Of a stretch of 43,143 nucleotides of DNA, positions 19,437 through 28,627 are shown in pieces (within the stretch, counting starts at the first letter, position 1; the number at the start of each line of letters is the position of its first letter). A program made the position numbers and the translations under genes. Source of the DNA: a virus (taxonomy: Duplodnaviria > Caudoviricetes); the IMG/VR virus record IMGVR_UViG_3300038315_001592, positions 1-43,143 of that record. One strand, written 5' to 3'. The notes below the pieces were generated by a model. That model was not told where the DNA came from, ran no database searches, and was given only the letters and a program-made list of their open reading frames with translations.

Positions 19437-20464
19437 TGCCTATTCTTACAGAGAATCAGAAGCAGATTAATCAGCTCCAAGAGGAACTAGGTAAGGATAT
19501 CACAGATTTCTCCTTGACTCAGAATCAAAGAGACATAGTTAGATTACGCAGTGAGATAAATCAGCTGAAAAAAACTCCCATTGCAGATTCTTCTATGGGA
19601 GTATCCTCTGAAGATTCCCCTGCTGATTTCTCAAGCGTACTCAGCAGACCATTTGAAGCTATCGGAGAGAAGATCTCTAGTGGAATAGAAAAATTCTCTG
19701 GAGAAGACTCTACTACCTTCGATAAGTTCGTAGGAGCTACTGATATACTCTTCTCTCCTATTACAGGTCCTGCCCAAGCTCTAGGAGAAGGAGCTGAATT
19801 CCTGGCTGGAAAGGCAGGTGCTTCCGAGAAGACAGCTAGCCGAGTAGGATCTGGCGTTGACCTTCTAGCTAACATAGCTCCTATTGGTGGCTTTGGAGCG
19901 TTCCGAGCTGTGGGGGTATTCAGTAGATTTATGAAAAAAATGCCCAGGACTCCTAGGGAACTCAAAGGAATGGAGAGAGATTTATTTCAACTTTCTAAAG
20001 GAAAACGAACTCACCTCCAAAGAAAAGACTACAATGACATCATGGAAGAGATTCTAGCCGAAGCTAAAACTGTCTTCCCTTCTGCTAGGGTTTCTGTGGA
20101 AAAAACTATGGAAATCGGAGAAGAGCTCGGAATGACTCCTGAGAACATGAAGAAGCTCCTAGGACGAGTCCCCGTCAGTAAACTAGCCGCTTACCTAGAC
20201 GCTGCTCGAGTAGTCTCCGTAAAGACTCTCAGTGACTTCAAGGGAATTTTAGCTAAACTCCCAGACGACCTGGCTTCTAATGCTTCTGATGAGACTCTAG
20301 CAATAGCCTCTAATGCAATGTTCAAAGTCTTCGCTGTTCATAAGACAGTTTCTAGTTTTACTTCTAATATAGCTAGAGCCCTCAGACAATCAGGGAGGAC
20401 TAAGAAGAGCGTCTTTGATTCTTGGGACGAAATAGGAAAAATGATCAAAGTCTGTGAGAAGTAA
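19436..20464 (+). CDS. Large ejection protein, N-terminal part
   Basis: Gly/Ala membrane-like segments; in frame with 20495 ORF. Confidence 0.6.
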   Translation: MPILTENQKQINQLQEELGKDITDFSLTQNQRDIVRLRSEINQLKKTPIADSSMGVSSEDSPADFSSVLSRPFEAIGEKISSGIEKFSGEDSTTFDKFVGATDILFSPITGPAQALGEGAEFLAGKAGASEKTASRVGSGVDLLANIAPIGGFGAFRAVGVFSRFMKKMPRTPRELKGMERDLFQLSKGKRTHLQRKDYNDIMEEILAEAKTVFPSARVSVEKTMEIGEELGMTPENMKKLLGRVPVSKLAAYLDAARVVSVKTLSDFKGILAKLPDDLASNASDETLAIASNAMFKVFAVHKTVSSFTSNIARALRQSGRTKKSVFDSWDEIGKMIKVCEK

Positions 20465-20494
20465 AATAGTCTAACTTCTAATTGGAGAATTCTA

Positions 20495-22381
20495 ATGCCC
20501 ATTGACTGCAAAGAAGAAATAATACTAAAGATCATCAAGACTTCTGGAGGTAAGGATGAGATCATTAGGAAACTAGAGATCCTCCGAAGAGCTATGCTAG
20601 TAGACAAGTGGGATGACCCTAAGAATATCATGAAGCTCACCGAGAAACTCTTTGAAGCTAAGACCATTGACAAGATTCAAGAGGCATGGATGGCGAGTAT
20701 ACTCAGCTCTCCTACTACTCAGGCTGCTAATATCATAGGTAATTCAATGGCGTTTCTCACTAGATTCCCAGAGAAGATTCTCTCTGCTACAGTAGACACA
20801 GCTAAGAGTCTTCTTCCTGGAGCTGAGAGGCACAGATTCTTTGGGGAAGTAGCAGCTGAAACTTTCGGAATGTGGACTGGAATCAAAGAGGGAGTAAGAA
20901 GAGCTATCTATACTATGGCTCATGAACTCCCAGAAGGAGCTCTGACTAAACTAGACCTAGCTAGAGCCGCACCAGCAATGGGAGGAACAATTGGGAAGAT
21001 TATCAGATTCCCATTTAGACTCCTAACTGCCACCGATGAATTCTTTAGGAGCCTCAATTATCAAACTGAAATTCACGCTCTAGCCTATAGAAATGCCGCT
21101 AAGAAGATTGCATCTGGAGGAAAAAACGAAGGGAGAATAGCTGAAATAGCTAAGCTAATAGCTAACCCCACTGATGATATGATCATTAGGTCGGCTAGAC
21201 TAGCTCAAGAGAATGTCTTCCAAAAGGAACTAGGCAGTCTAGGTTCGGCTGCTCTGAAAATCAGAAACGATCCTATGGGAAAATACTTCCTCCCATTTGT
21301 AATTCCCTTTGTGAGGACTCCTATTAATCTCACTAAGTTCGGACTCAAGCGTACACCCGTTAATATCCCAATAGCATTCAGGAAACTAATGAGGAGCAAT
21401 AAACTCCGAGCGGCTCAAGAACGGGGCGTAAAGCTCAACGCTGCTCAAAGGAAACAGCTGCTCTCTCATGGAGATGTCTCTGATGAGCTCGCCAAGACCA
21501 TTATGGGGAGTTTCATAGGCGGAACTGCAATGATCTACGCCAAGGAAGGACTAATCACTGGTGGAGGACCTATAGAACCTAACGCTCGAAAAGCCTGGGA
21601 GAGAACTCATCAGCCTTATTCTATTAGAGTCGGAGACAAATGGATCTCTTATGCTAGACTAGAACCCATGACTATCCCCTTAGGACTAGCAGCTGACTGG
21701 GCAGGAATATCTGATTTCGTAGAAGATGGAATCCTCTCTTCTGAAGCTGTCTCTTCGATTATCTTCTCTATTTCCAAGAACGTAACTAACAAGACTTTCA
21801 TGCAAGGATTGAGTCGAGCATTCAATGCTCTCAGTGACCCTGATCGCTATGGAAATGTCTTCATTGAAGGTCTAATTGGGAGTCTTATTCCCGCTGGGGT
21901 GGCTAATATCGCTGGAGCTATAGACCCAACTATCAGGAAACGTGAAGGCGTAATTGACGCTCTCAAGAGCCGAGTTGGAGCTACAGCTGATCTCATTCCT
22001 CGGAGGGATCTCTGGGGGAGAGCACTCAAGAAAACTGATCTCCCGCCTTTGCTAGCAGCTATCAGTCCTATCAGAGTTCGCTCAATCACTGGAGACAAAG
22101 TCGAAGAAGAGATGGAACGAATGAATATCAATACAGCTCCTCCTAATATCAAAGAACTACGTGGGCTAGAGCTTACTCCCAAAGAACTAGACAATTATAT
22201 TGTAGAATCTGGAGAACTCTCTAAGAGACTCTTAGATAATATCCTCCAAGGGAGGGGCTATGACAAACTAGCTGACCCTCCCAAAGAAGAACTCATCAGA
22301 AAAGTAATTCGTTTTTCTAGAAGAGCAGCTGGCTCTAGATTACTAATAAAAAAAATCCGATCGTCACAAGAAGCCAGATGA
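20495..22381 (+). CDS. Large ejection protein, C-terminal part
   Basis: SILSSPTTQAANIIGN, RLLTATDEFF, PFVRTPIN, GLITGGGP, QPYSI...SYARLEP motifs of large internal virion proteins. Confidence 0.7.
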   Translation: MPIDCKEEIILKIIKTSGGKDEIIRKLEILRRAMLVDKWDDPKNIMKLTEKLFEAKTIDKIQEAWMASILSSPTTQAANIIGNSMAFLTRFPEKILSATVDTAKSLLPGAERHRFFGEVAAETFGMWTGIKEGVRRAIYTMAHELPEGALTKLDLARAAPAMGGTIGKIIRFPFRLLTATDEFFRSLNYQTEIHALAYRNAAKKIASGGKNEGRIAEIAKLIANPTDDMIIRSARLAQENVFQKELGSLGSAALKIRNDPMGKYFLPFVIPFVRTPINLTKFGLKRTPVNIPIAFRKLMRSNKLRAAQERGVKLNAAQRKQLLSHGDVSDELAKTIMGSFIGGTAMIYAKEGLITGGGPIEPNARKAWERTHQPYSIRVGDKWISYARLEPMTIPLGLAADWAGISDFVEDGILSSEAVSSIIFSISKNVTNKTFMQGLSRAFNALSDPDRYGNVFIEGLIGSLIPAGVANIAGAIDPTIRKREGVIDALKSRVGATADLIPRRDLWGRALKKTDLPPLLAAISPIRVRSITGDKVEEEMERMNINTAPPNIKELRGLELTPKELDNYIVESGELSKRLLDNILQGRGYDKLADPPKEELIRKVIRFSRRAAGSRLLIKKIRSSQEAR

Positions 22382-22409
22382 GAAGTCCTATCCAGAATTC
22401 ATTATTCAA
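22335..22409 (-). CDS. 24-aa hydrophobic peptide, not in ORF track
   Basis: AAGGGAG RBS, TTG start, MNNEFWIGLLIWLLVTIGFFLLVI*. Confidence 0.45.
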   Translation of the reverse strand: MNNEFWIGLLIWLLVTIGFFLLVI

Positions 22410-22437
22410 TTACCAATCTCCCTTGAGGAAGATAACA

Positions 22438-22468
22438 TGTACATATTCCGATCGTCGTAATTTATACA
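22438..22468 (+). promoter_or_regulatory. 31-bp palindromic motif copy 2
   Basis: TGTACA-tattccgatcgtcgtaatt-TATACA in the convergence gap. Confidence 0.75.
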
Positions 22469-22566
22469 TAAAAGGGTTTTATTTGAACGATAAAATTACC
22501 CATACCATTGCATAGGGGAGGGTAATTAAATTGATTTATACATGAATAACGGAGTCCGCCAATTCA

Positions 22567-23733
22567 TTAAAATTCATTTTCCTCGACAAGAATTGAATAA
22601 GTCTTTGAGCCTTTCTTAGAGAATTCAAGTGAGATTCTTCTCATTTCGATTAGGAATTCAATTGACTCTTTGAATTCAGCAGCTGTTCGGATGTGTCTAT
22701 AGAGAGCCTTAGCCATCTGAGCGTGAGAAATATTCGCCTTTCCTTTCTTTTCCATGTAGTCTAGGATCCTCTCACAATTCTTGGAGAGATCTCCCATTGA
22801 AGAATTATAGACTCCAGCCATTGAGCGTTCTGCTTTCTTGAGAATTTCTAGAGATTCAGATATGTCAGATTCTTCTATTATGAAATCTTCTATTGATTGT
22901 ACGCTTACATTAGCTACTCTAAGGATCATAGCTAGCTTGAGAACTGTTGTTCCTTTTCTGAGAAAATAGGGTTCTAGAATTGGATCGTGCTTAGGATGAT
23001 AGTTATTATACCAGCCTAGATAAAAATGATGAGCTTCCCTAGTGACTGTAGCTCTGCCTACTAGATTCTTTATTCGGGAGAGATCATTCCTGAGGTGGAT
23101 GCGTAATTCATTGGAGACTTCAGGAGATCCCCACGCCCATTTCTTTCCAGGTTTGCTAGCTGTGATCCACATAACTCGAGGGGCGAATCCACATTCGATG
23201 ACGTCTCTAGGGAGCATGATTCCTACGTAATTGTTGGTCGTACAAGCGAGCATATTAACGTTAGCTCGTTCGACTATTCTGATTCCAGCGTGGAGACTTC
23301 TCCATTCGGCTGATTCTGGAGAATCATACAGGAGAGTGAGAGCACCAACTACATCTCCCTTGAATCCCGCTGAACCTAGGAAAGTTTGGAGTTCATCAGC
23401 AAAGATCAGCGCTGAATGATCCATAGTTCCTGCGTTGGAGAGTTCTTTGTAGAGGGCTTCAGCGGTCATCTTGATTGTGCTGATTACATTGAATAGCCCA
23501 GTTGGTCTCATTATGTCATTGATGGCTATTTTGGCTGCAGTAGATTTTCGCATTCCACTTCGAGCTACTAGGATCACATAGAGGTCTGGGAATATGCTCA
23601 CGTGTCCTCTAGTGAGATAAACCCTCCTTTCCATAGCCGAAGCGAGCATTGAATAAGCAGTCCACTCGGAGAAAATCCTAGGACTCTCTGTGTCTCTGAT
23701 ATATTCCATGAAGCCTTCAATCCAGTTTTTCAT
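22567..23733 (-). CDS. DUF3987/YfjI-like P-loop protein (putative replicative helicase-like) with C-terminal winged helix
   Basis: TESP..F..W, LYVILVARSGMRKSTA Walker A, IFADE Walker B, GFAPR. Confidence 0.75.
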   Translation of the reverse strand: MKNWIEGFMEYIRDTESPRIFSEWTAYSMLASAMERRVYLTRGHVSIFPDLYVILVARSGMRKSTAAKIAINDIMRPTGLFNVISTIKMTAEALYKELSNAGTMDHSALIFADELQTFLGSAGFKGDVVGALTLLYDSPESAEWRSLHAGIRIVERANVNMLACTTNNYVGIMLPRDVIECGFAPRVMWITASKPGKKWAWGSPEVSNELRIHLRNDLSRIKNLVGRATVTREAHHFYLGWYNNYHPKHDPILEPYFLRKGTTVLKLAMILRVANVSVQSIEDFIIEESDISESLEILKKAERSMAGVYNSSMGDLSKNCERILDYMEKKGKANISHAQMAKALYRHIRTAAEFKESIEFLIEMRRISLEFSKKGSKTYSILVEENEF

Positions 23734-23986
23734 TGAGAGTCTCTCCTATGTATTTAGTGAAGAGACTATCACTAAAGATATTATCTATTAGTAATTCTCT
23801 GTTAGATTTTAGGATACATTTTACTTTTCCAATCTTAGCTCCACAGACTAAGCACCTACTCTTTCCTCTACGATATTTTCTATAGCCGACTACAATGGGA
23901 TGAGTCCTAGTGTTACAGAATTGACTCTCATTATGCCAGTGTTTTTTGCTCAGTGCAGTAGATAATACATCAGCTAACTTTTTCAA
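23717..23986 (-). CDS. Hypothetical zinc-finger protein
   Basis: C...H...CLVCG. Confidence 0.55.
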   Translation of the reverse strand: MKKLADVLSTALSKKHWHNESQFCNTRTHPIVVGYRKYRRGKSRCLVCGAKIGKVKCILKSNRELLIDNIFSDSLFTKYIGETLNEKLD

Positions 23987-24427
23987 TCAGGATTCTCCTT
24001 TCCGTCTAAATATAACTAACATTGACGGAAATGGAGCACTATTATTTCCACCAAACTTTAATCTACCTCGTATAAATCTGAGTTCAGCTTTATGGTATAT
24101 ATAATCATGAAAATATGCAGTATCTGTTCTCGCTGGGATTAGCATTACTATTGTAGTTCCATTTTTATTGTGTTCATGATTACATTTTCTTACCCAGTAG
24201 AATATATCTTTACCATAAGGAGGGTTTACAAATACAATCTCTCCAGACCAGTCTTTGGTTAGACCGTTATCGTTTATAGTAAAATACTTAGAACACTTAG
24301 CGTTTTCATGTGTAGCACACGGGTCTAATGTAAAATGGAACTCTTTATTTATTTCATCGAAGAAATCTTGTGGAGTAGCATACTCATTAGATTTACTACT
24401 AAACATCAACTCAGTATTTAATGCCAT
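23987..24427 (-). CDS. Phage N6-adenine DNA methyltransferase (short Dam-like family)
   Basis: YATPQDFF, FTLDPCA, VFVNPPY, LIPARTDT, RFIRGRLKF, APFPS. Confidence 0.92.
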   Translation of the reverse strand: MALNTELMFSSKSNEYATPQDFFDEINKEFHFTLDPCATHENAKCSKYFTINDNGLTKDWSGEIVFVNPPYGKDIFYWVRKCNHEHNKNGTTIVMLIPARTDTAYFHDYIYHKAELRFIRGRLKFGGNNSAPFPSMLVIFRRKGES

Positions 24428-24429
24428 AT

Positions 24430-24519
24430 TTAATCACCCCCCTTCTCTCCCCAACCACATCTAGAGCAGGGTTCATTACATTCTTCTAGTTGACTTCCAC
24501 ATTCTGGGCATACGCACAT
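24430..24519 (-). CDS. 29-aa zinc-ribbon peptide, not in ORF track
   Basis: GGAGG RBS; MCVCPECGSQLEECNEPCSRCGWGEKGGD. Confidence 0.55.
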   Translation of the reverse strand: MCVCPECGSQLEECNEPCSRCGWGEKGGD

Positions 24520-24521
24520 TG

Positions 24522-24734
24522 TTAGTCCTCCAAGCTAGTTATTTCTCTAGTTTCTAGATTAAGAATTCCGTCGAAATGAGAATCCAATTCTTTATTGAGT
24601 TCACTAGAACTGAGATACTCTCCTCCAAAGTCTCCATCTAAAGTATAGTAAAATCCATAGTGGGTTGCTCCTTTAGCGTTCATTCTGTAAATAGAATTAA
24701 TTGCATAGTTGGTTATCTCAGCTGCTAGCTTCAT
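24522..24734 (-). CDS. Hypothetical protein
   Basis: Coupled ORF. Confidence 0.55.
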   Translation of the reverse strand: MKLAAEITNYAINSIYRMNAKGATHYGFYYTLDGDFGGEYLSSSELNKELDSHFDGILNLETREITSLED

Positions 24735-25087
24735 TAGAATTCCTTTCCGTGTTTATAGCTTCGGTTCTGATTGAATTTCATTTTGGCTAGGATAGCTGCT
24801 GGTAGATTGTAATCACTCTGAATAGCATAATCCATTATTCGGATGATTACATCAGCTAATTCTTCTTCTATTCCCAGGAATCCTGGGATTTTCGTAGAGG
24901 TAGATTTTTCCCTGAGAGCTTCTAGGGCTTCTGAGAGTTCAGAATGGATCAAGGCTATGACTTCTCCATGGCTTCGTTCATCCTTCCAGAAGCCTTTTTC
25001 TCTGGCAGTTGTGTTGACCCTAGCAGCTACTATTGTAAAGGCTACTTGGAAGTCATGTTGGACTTCTGTGGGTAGAATTTCATTCAT
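24734..25087 (-). CDS. MazG-like nucleotide pyrophosphohydrolase
   Basis: ALIHSELSEALEALR...EEELADVIIRIMD...KMKFNQNRSYKHGK. Confidence 0.9.
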   Translation of the reverse strand: MNEILPTEVQHDFQVAFTIVAARVNTTAREKGFWKDERSHGEVIALIHSELSEALEALREKSTSTKIPGFLGIEEELADVIIRIMDYAIQSDYNLPAAILAKMKFNQNRSYKHGKEF

Positions 25088-25103
25088 TAGCTTATTCTCC
25101 TTT

Positions 25104-27482
25104 CTATTTTCTATGATGACTACTCGTATTCTTCCAGTCTTTTCCGATTGTTAATTCAATAGGGATGAATACTTCTCTATTGTAGATTTTAATGGGAACT
25201 GAGCACTCCTCTTTGACGATTGCTATTGCTTGGGGAATCAATGAATCCTCCACTTGCAGAACCCATTCGTCGTGATCTTGAATGAGGAGGAGGTCTTTTT
25301 CAGATTTAGCTATTTCAGCTATGCGTCTATCAATCCTCACTCCGCACAGATTCATCCAGTCTACAGCTGTACTCTGAGGAATGAACGCATAGGCTTCTTT
25401 GAAGAGTCCCTCTCCCCAGTGTCCATTGAAGAGTCTGCTTCTCCCGAATGGAGTAACTAGAGTCCGATCTTTTCTGAGAGCTTCGACTGTTTTCTCTTGC
25501 CAGCGGACTATTCCAAACATAGTGAGATACATCTGGAGAATAGTCTGAGCCTTACTCGTGGGAATTTTAGCCAATTTTCCAAAGCTCTGAGCGGAGAGTC
25601 CATAATTAGCTCCGAGAACAAGGGGCTTCCCGTAGTTGTCTCGTTCGGAAGTCCCCTTGCAGCAGACTTCAATGGGCTTATTGAAGACTTGACTGGCGAC
25701 TAGACTATAAACGTCTAGGCCATTTTCGAAAGCAGCCATGAGTTTAGTTGACTCCGCTAGATAAGCTACTAACCTAGCTTCGATCTGACTAGCATCGAAT
25801 ACTATAAAGGAATGATCCTCATCGGCTATGTAAATGTCTCTCAGATTAAGAGTGGACTTTTTTCCAGCTGGTACACATTGAAGACTGAGTCCTCTTCCGA
25901 AGATATTCTTAGTGCAGCTGAGGCGTCCAGTCTCTGTCCCAGGAACTAGCCAGTTTGGGCGGATGCGGCTATCAGAGTCCCAGAAAGGTTTAGGGTCAGA
26001 GGAACTCCCTCCTAGATTCTTGGAGATATTATCTCGACTTTTTCTGATTCGGATAATCAACTGGAGAATCTGAGATGGATACCTGATAGATAACTCTTCT
26101 AGAGCAGCTATATCTGTAGTGATACTCCCGCTGACTTTTTTTATTTTCTTAGGGATGTTCATTTCGTCATAGAGGAGGATTCCTAGCTGCTTAGTAGACT
26201 TGACGTTTACGCTTCTGCCTACTAGGGTGTCTAGTTTAGCTTGATCGAGTTCTATTTGTTCCTCTAGCTTACGAGTATACGCTTTTACTCGGCTGGTATC
26301 TACTCGAACTCCCACATGAGACGCTTTCCACATTATTCGACTCATAGGAATAGAGAGTCCATTCATCAGCTGATCTAGCTTAGTTTCAGCTAACATATTC
26401 TTCTGTTTGATTCCTATTTCGTGAGTAACTGTACAATCCTTCCCGTTGTAATTCCAGAGAGCTTCAGAAGTATAATTAGCGTTCTTAGCGTCATCTTTAA
26501 AATAAGGTTCATCAGTGAAAATGCTCGCTTGAGTTGCTAGGCTCAGCTTTAATTCTGGAAAAAGGAGCCTCTGCCCGAGCATGAGATCGAATACATTAAT
26601 GATTTCTCCACAGTAATCGAATAACATGAGCCGCTCGTATTGTTCATTCTGAATAAACTTCAGGATCTTAGGGTCAGCTAGAATTTTAGAGATTAACTCC
26701 CAGATTTCTTTTTCTTGGGGAATGCTCCACCAAGGTTTATTAGAGAAGATCGGAATAACAAATGCCAATTCAGCTGAGACTCCTATTCCTATGCATTTAA
26801 TGGGAGTAGCTCCATAGAATGCTTCTATGTCTACGCTGATCACCTTAGAATATTCTCCAGCAAGTATTCCTCTCAAGAATCCCAAAACTTCAACAAAACT
26901 AGGATTGACTAGTATTTTCCTCTGAGGGAGATTAACTTCTGGAGACTTTGACTCTCTGGCTATTTTGAGATAATCTAGATAACTCAAGAAGACATCTCCA
27001 GTGGAGGGAGATTTCCCTGAGCTAGCGTATCCCATGATTCTCTGGAGATAACTCGGATGAAAAGTAGGAAGGAGTTTACGCTGACCTTTCAGAACTGAAC
27101 TGACCAGAATGCTGCCCCTGTACTTATTGATAGCTCTCTTTCCGAATAGAGCCTCTAGAGCTGTTCCTCCAAGAGGGACTATTACATTGCAGCTGGTAGA
27201 GTTCAATCTAGAGATCAGCTTAGACTTTTCTTCTTCTAGAGAGATTCCTAGCTCGCTGAGTCTATGGATTTTATTATCTGGTGGTCTAGTCTGGACGACG
27301 TTATCTATGTAACACTGGCTGCGATCTATTCCAGCTGCATAGAGAAGACTATTGAGCCTTTTTCCAGCACTTCCAACGAATGGAACTCCGCAGAGATCTT
27401 CCTCTTTTCCAGGAGCTTCTCCTATGAGAGCTATTTTAGAGCTTCTGCTTCCTAGAGGAACTACTTTCATATGACTACACAC
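25104..27482 (-). CDS. polA: Family A DNA polymerase with N-terminal uracil-DNA glycosylase (family 4-like) and 3'-5' exonuclease domains
   Basis: UDG motifs GEAPG..E...PFVG, HPS; Exo VDIE and YNGKD; TGRLS, motif A DASQIEAR, motif B KPLVLGANYG, motif C QDHDE. Confidence 0.93.
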   Translation of the reverse strand: MCSHMKVVPLGSRSSKIALIGEAPGKEEDLCGVPFVGSAGKRLNSLLYAAGIDRSQCYIDNVVQTRPPDNKIHRLSELGISLEEEKSKLISRLNSTSCNVIVPLGGTALEALFGKRAINKYRGSILVSSVLKGQRKLLPTFHPSYLQRIMGYASSGKSPSTGDVFLSYLDYLKIARESKSPEVNLPQRKILVNPSFVEVLGFLRGILAGEYSKVISVDIEAFYGATPIKCIGIGVSAELAFVIPIFSNKPWWSIPQEKEIWELISKILADPKILKFIQNEQYERLMLFDYCGEIINVFDLMLGQRLLFPELKLSLATQASIFTDEPYFKDDAKNANYTSEALWNYNGKDCTVTHEIGIKQKNMLAETKLDQLMNGLSIPMSRIMWKASHVGVRVDTSRVKAYTRKLEEQIELDQAKLDTLVGRSVNVKSTKQLGILLYDEMNIPKKIKKVSGSITTDIAALEELSIRYPSQILQLIIRIRKSRDNISKNLGGSSSDPKPFWDSDSRIRPNWLVPGTETGRLSCTKNIFGRGLSLQCVPAGKKSTLNLRDIYIADEDHSFIVFDASQIEARLVAYLAESTKLMAAFENGLDVYSLVASQVFNKPIEVCCKGTSERDNYGKPLVLGANYGLSAQSFGKLAKIPTSKAQTILQMYLTMFGIVRWQEKTVEALRKDRTLVTPFGRSRLFNGHWGEGLFKEAYAFIPQSTAVDWMNLCGVRIDRRIAEIAKSEKDLLLIQDHDEWVLQVEDSLIPQAIAIVKEECSVPIKIYNREVFIPIELTIGKDWKNTSSHHRK

Positions 27483-27745
27483 CTTTCTTCTATTCCAGGG
27501 ATTTCATCTGGTACTATTTTTCTTCTAGTAAGAAGAATAGAATACACTATTCTAGTTTTGATTGTAGTTGATGAACCTGTAGAGTCCCATCCGTGTTCAT
27601 TTTCTATATGAGAATCGCAGCTGATAATATCCAGATCGTACTCTCTGTTCCATTGATTAAGCGTCCTCTGAGTGTGAGGTCCATCCCCAAGTATGATCCT
27701 ATATTCATCTAGTTTAGTTTTCATCAGGATTTTTTCTCCCTTCAA
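27467..27745 (-). CDS. Hypothetical protein
   Basis: ORF in operon. Confidence 0.5.
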   Translation of the reverse strand: MKGEKILMKTKLDEYRIILGDGPHTQRTLNQWNREYDLDIISCDSHIENEHGWDSTGSSTTIKTRIVYSILLTRRKIVPDEIPGIEERCVVI

Positions 27746-27920
27746 CTAGACCTTCATAATGAGCTCTCTGAATGGCTTCTTGGAAGCCTAGCCTAACCTT
27801 GAGCTCATCTATGAGCCTCTCATGACTAGTAGACAGGATCGGATAACTTACTATAGTGATCAGCTCAGCTAACTTGTTTTCTATGTTTTCTATTATTGGA
27901 TTCTTGGATTCTACTTTCAT
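27714..27920 (-). CDS. Hypothetical protein
   Basis: GGGAG RBS. Confidence 0.55.
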   Translation of the reverse strand: MKVESKNPIIENIENKLAELITIVSYPILSTSHERLIDELKVRLGFQEAIQRAHYEGLVEGRKNPDEN

Positions 27921-27935
27921 AGGATTTTCTCCCTT

Positions 27936-28082
27936 TTAAGAATGAATAAGTGTCTCTAGAGCCATCAGAGCTTCAGATTGACTAATCTTCTCATTCCAAT
28001 AATCATCTAGGACTGATTCTACTTCTCTGAAAATTGTCTCAATGTTCTTTTCTTCTTGATTTTTACTTCTACTAGGATCCAT
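27936..28082 (-). CDS. Hypothetical 48-aa protein, not in ORF track
   Basis: MDPSRSKNQEEKNIETIFREVESVLDDYWNEKISQSEALMALETLIHS; fills the gap. Confidence 0.5.
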   Translation of the reverse strand: MDPSRSKNQEEKNIETIFREVESVLDDYWNEKISQSEALMALETLIHS

Positions 28083-28085
28083 TTT

Positions 28086-28295
28086 TCATCTCCTTTCCTT
28101 TTCCTTTTCTGTTTTATTTTTGATTTCTTTGAGTTCACGGACTACATTCCCCACAGCAGTCTTGATCAAATGCGAAAAATCTCCTCGTTGACCATTGACT
28201 ATGCAGTACTCTTTGAGGAATTCGTAATCCTCCAGATGAATATATGTGTGGATTGCTCTGAGTCTACTTCCTTTTTTAGGGCTGATTGGATTCAC
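28086..28295 (-). CDS. Small DNA-binding protein (ribbon-helix-helix-like)
   Basis: GGAGG RBS; beta strand IHTYI then two helices (YEFLKEYC, FSHLIKTAV). Confidence 0.5.
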   Translation of the reverse strand: MNPISPKKGSRLRAIHTYIHLEDYEFLKEYCIVNGQRGDFSHLIKTAVGNVVRELKEIKNKTEKEKERR

Positions 28296-28494
28296 CTCCT
28301 TTTAGTCGAGAGTCCAACTTAGGGAACTCTCCATCGTCTAAGAATGGGCTGATTATTTCAATGAGACTTCTAACTTGATCAGATTGAATTTCATTAACTG
28401 GATAACTGTGAACTGGGGAGTCTCCCCCGAATCGTTCAATTTTCAGCTGCTTGTATTTCTGATTGACTAGCCTGAGTAATTTTTCTTTTTTCAT
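28276..28494 (-). CDS. Hypothetical protein
   Basis: GGAGG RBS. Confidence 0.55.
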   Translation of the reverse strand: MKKEKLLRLVNQKYKQLKIERFGGDSPVHSYPVNEIQSDQVRSLIEIISPFLDDGEFPKLDSRLKGGESNQP

Positions 28495-28627
28495 GAGATT
28501 CCTCCCTTCTTTCCCGATAATATTTTTTTAGAAATTTTCTGTACTTTTTATTAGTGCTGATTCCTATTCTAATTCTATTCTTTTTTTCTGTTCTTCTGAC
28601 TGGATTAACAGCTGGTTTTAGTTTCAT
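28436..28627 (-). CDS. Basic hypothetical protein
   Basis: Coupled to the methylase stop. Confidence 0.45.
   Translation of the reverse strand: MKLKPAVNPVRRTEKKNRIRIGISTNKKYRKFLKKYYRERREESHEKRKITQASQSEIQAAEN

Noticed and set aside
901-22194. Many minus-strand ORFs in the structural arm and plus-strand ORFs in the early arm (e.g. 1097-1465, 19561-19965, 38196-38726)
   Set aside because: Antisense shadows of well-supported genes, with no RBS or recognisable motifs
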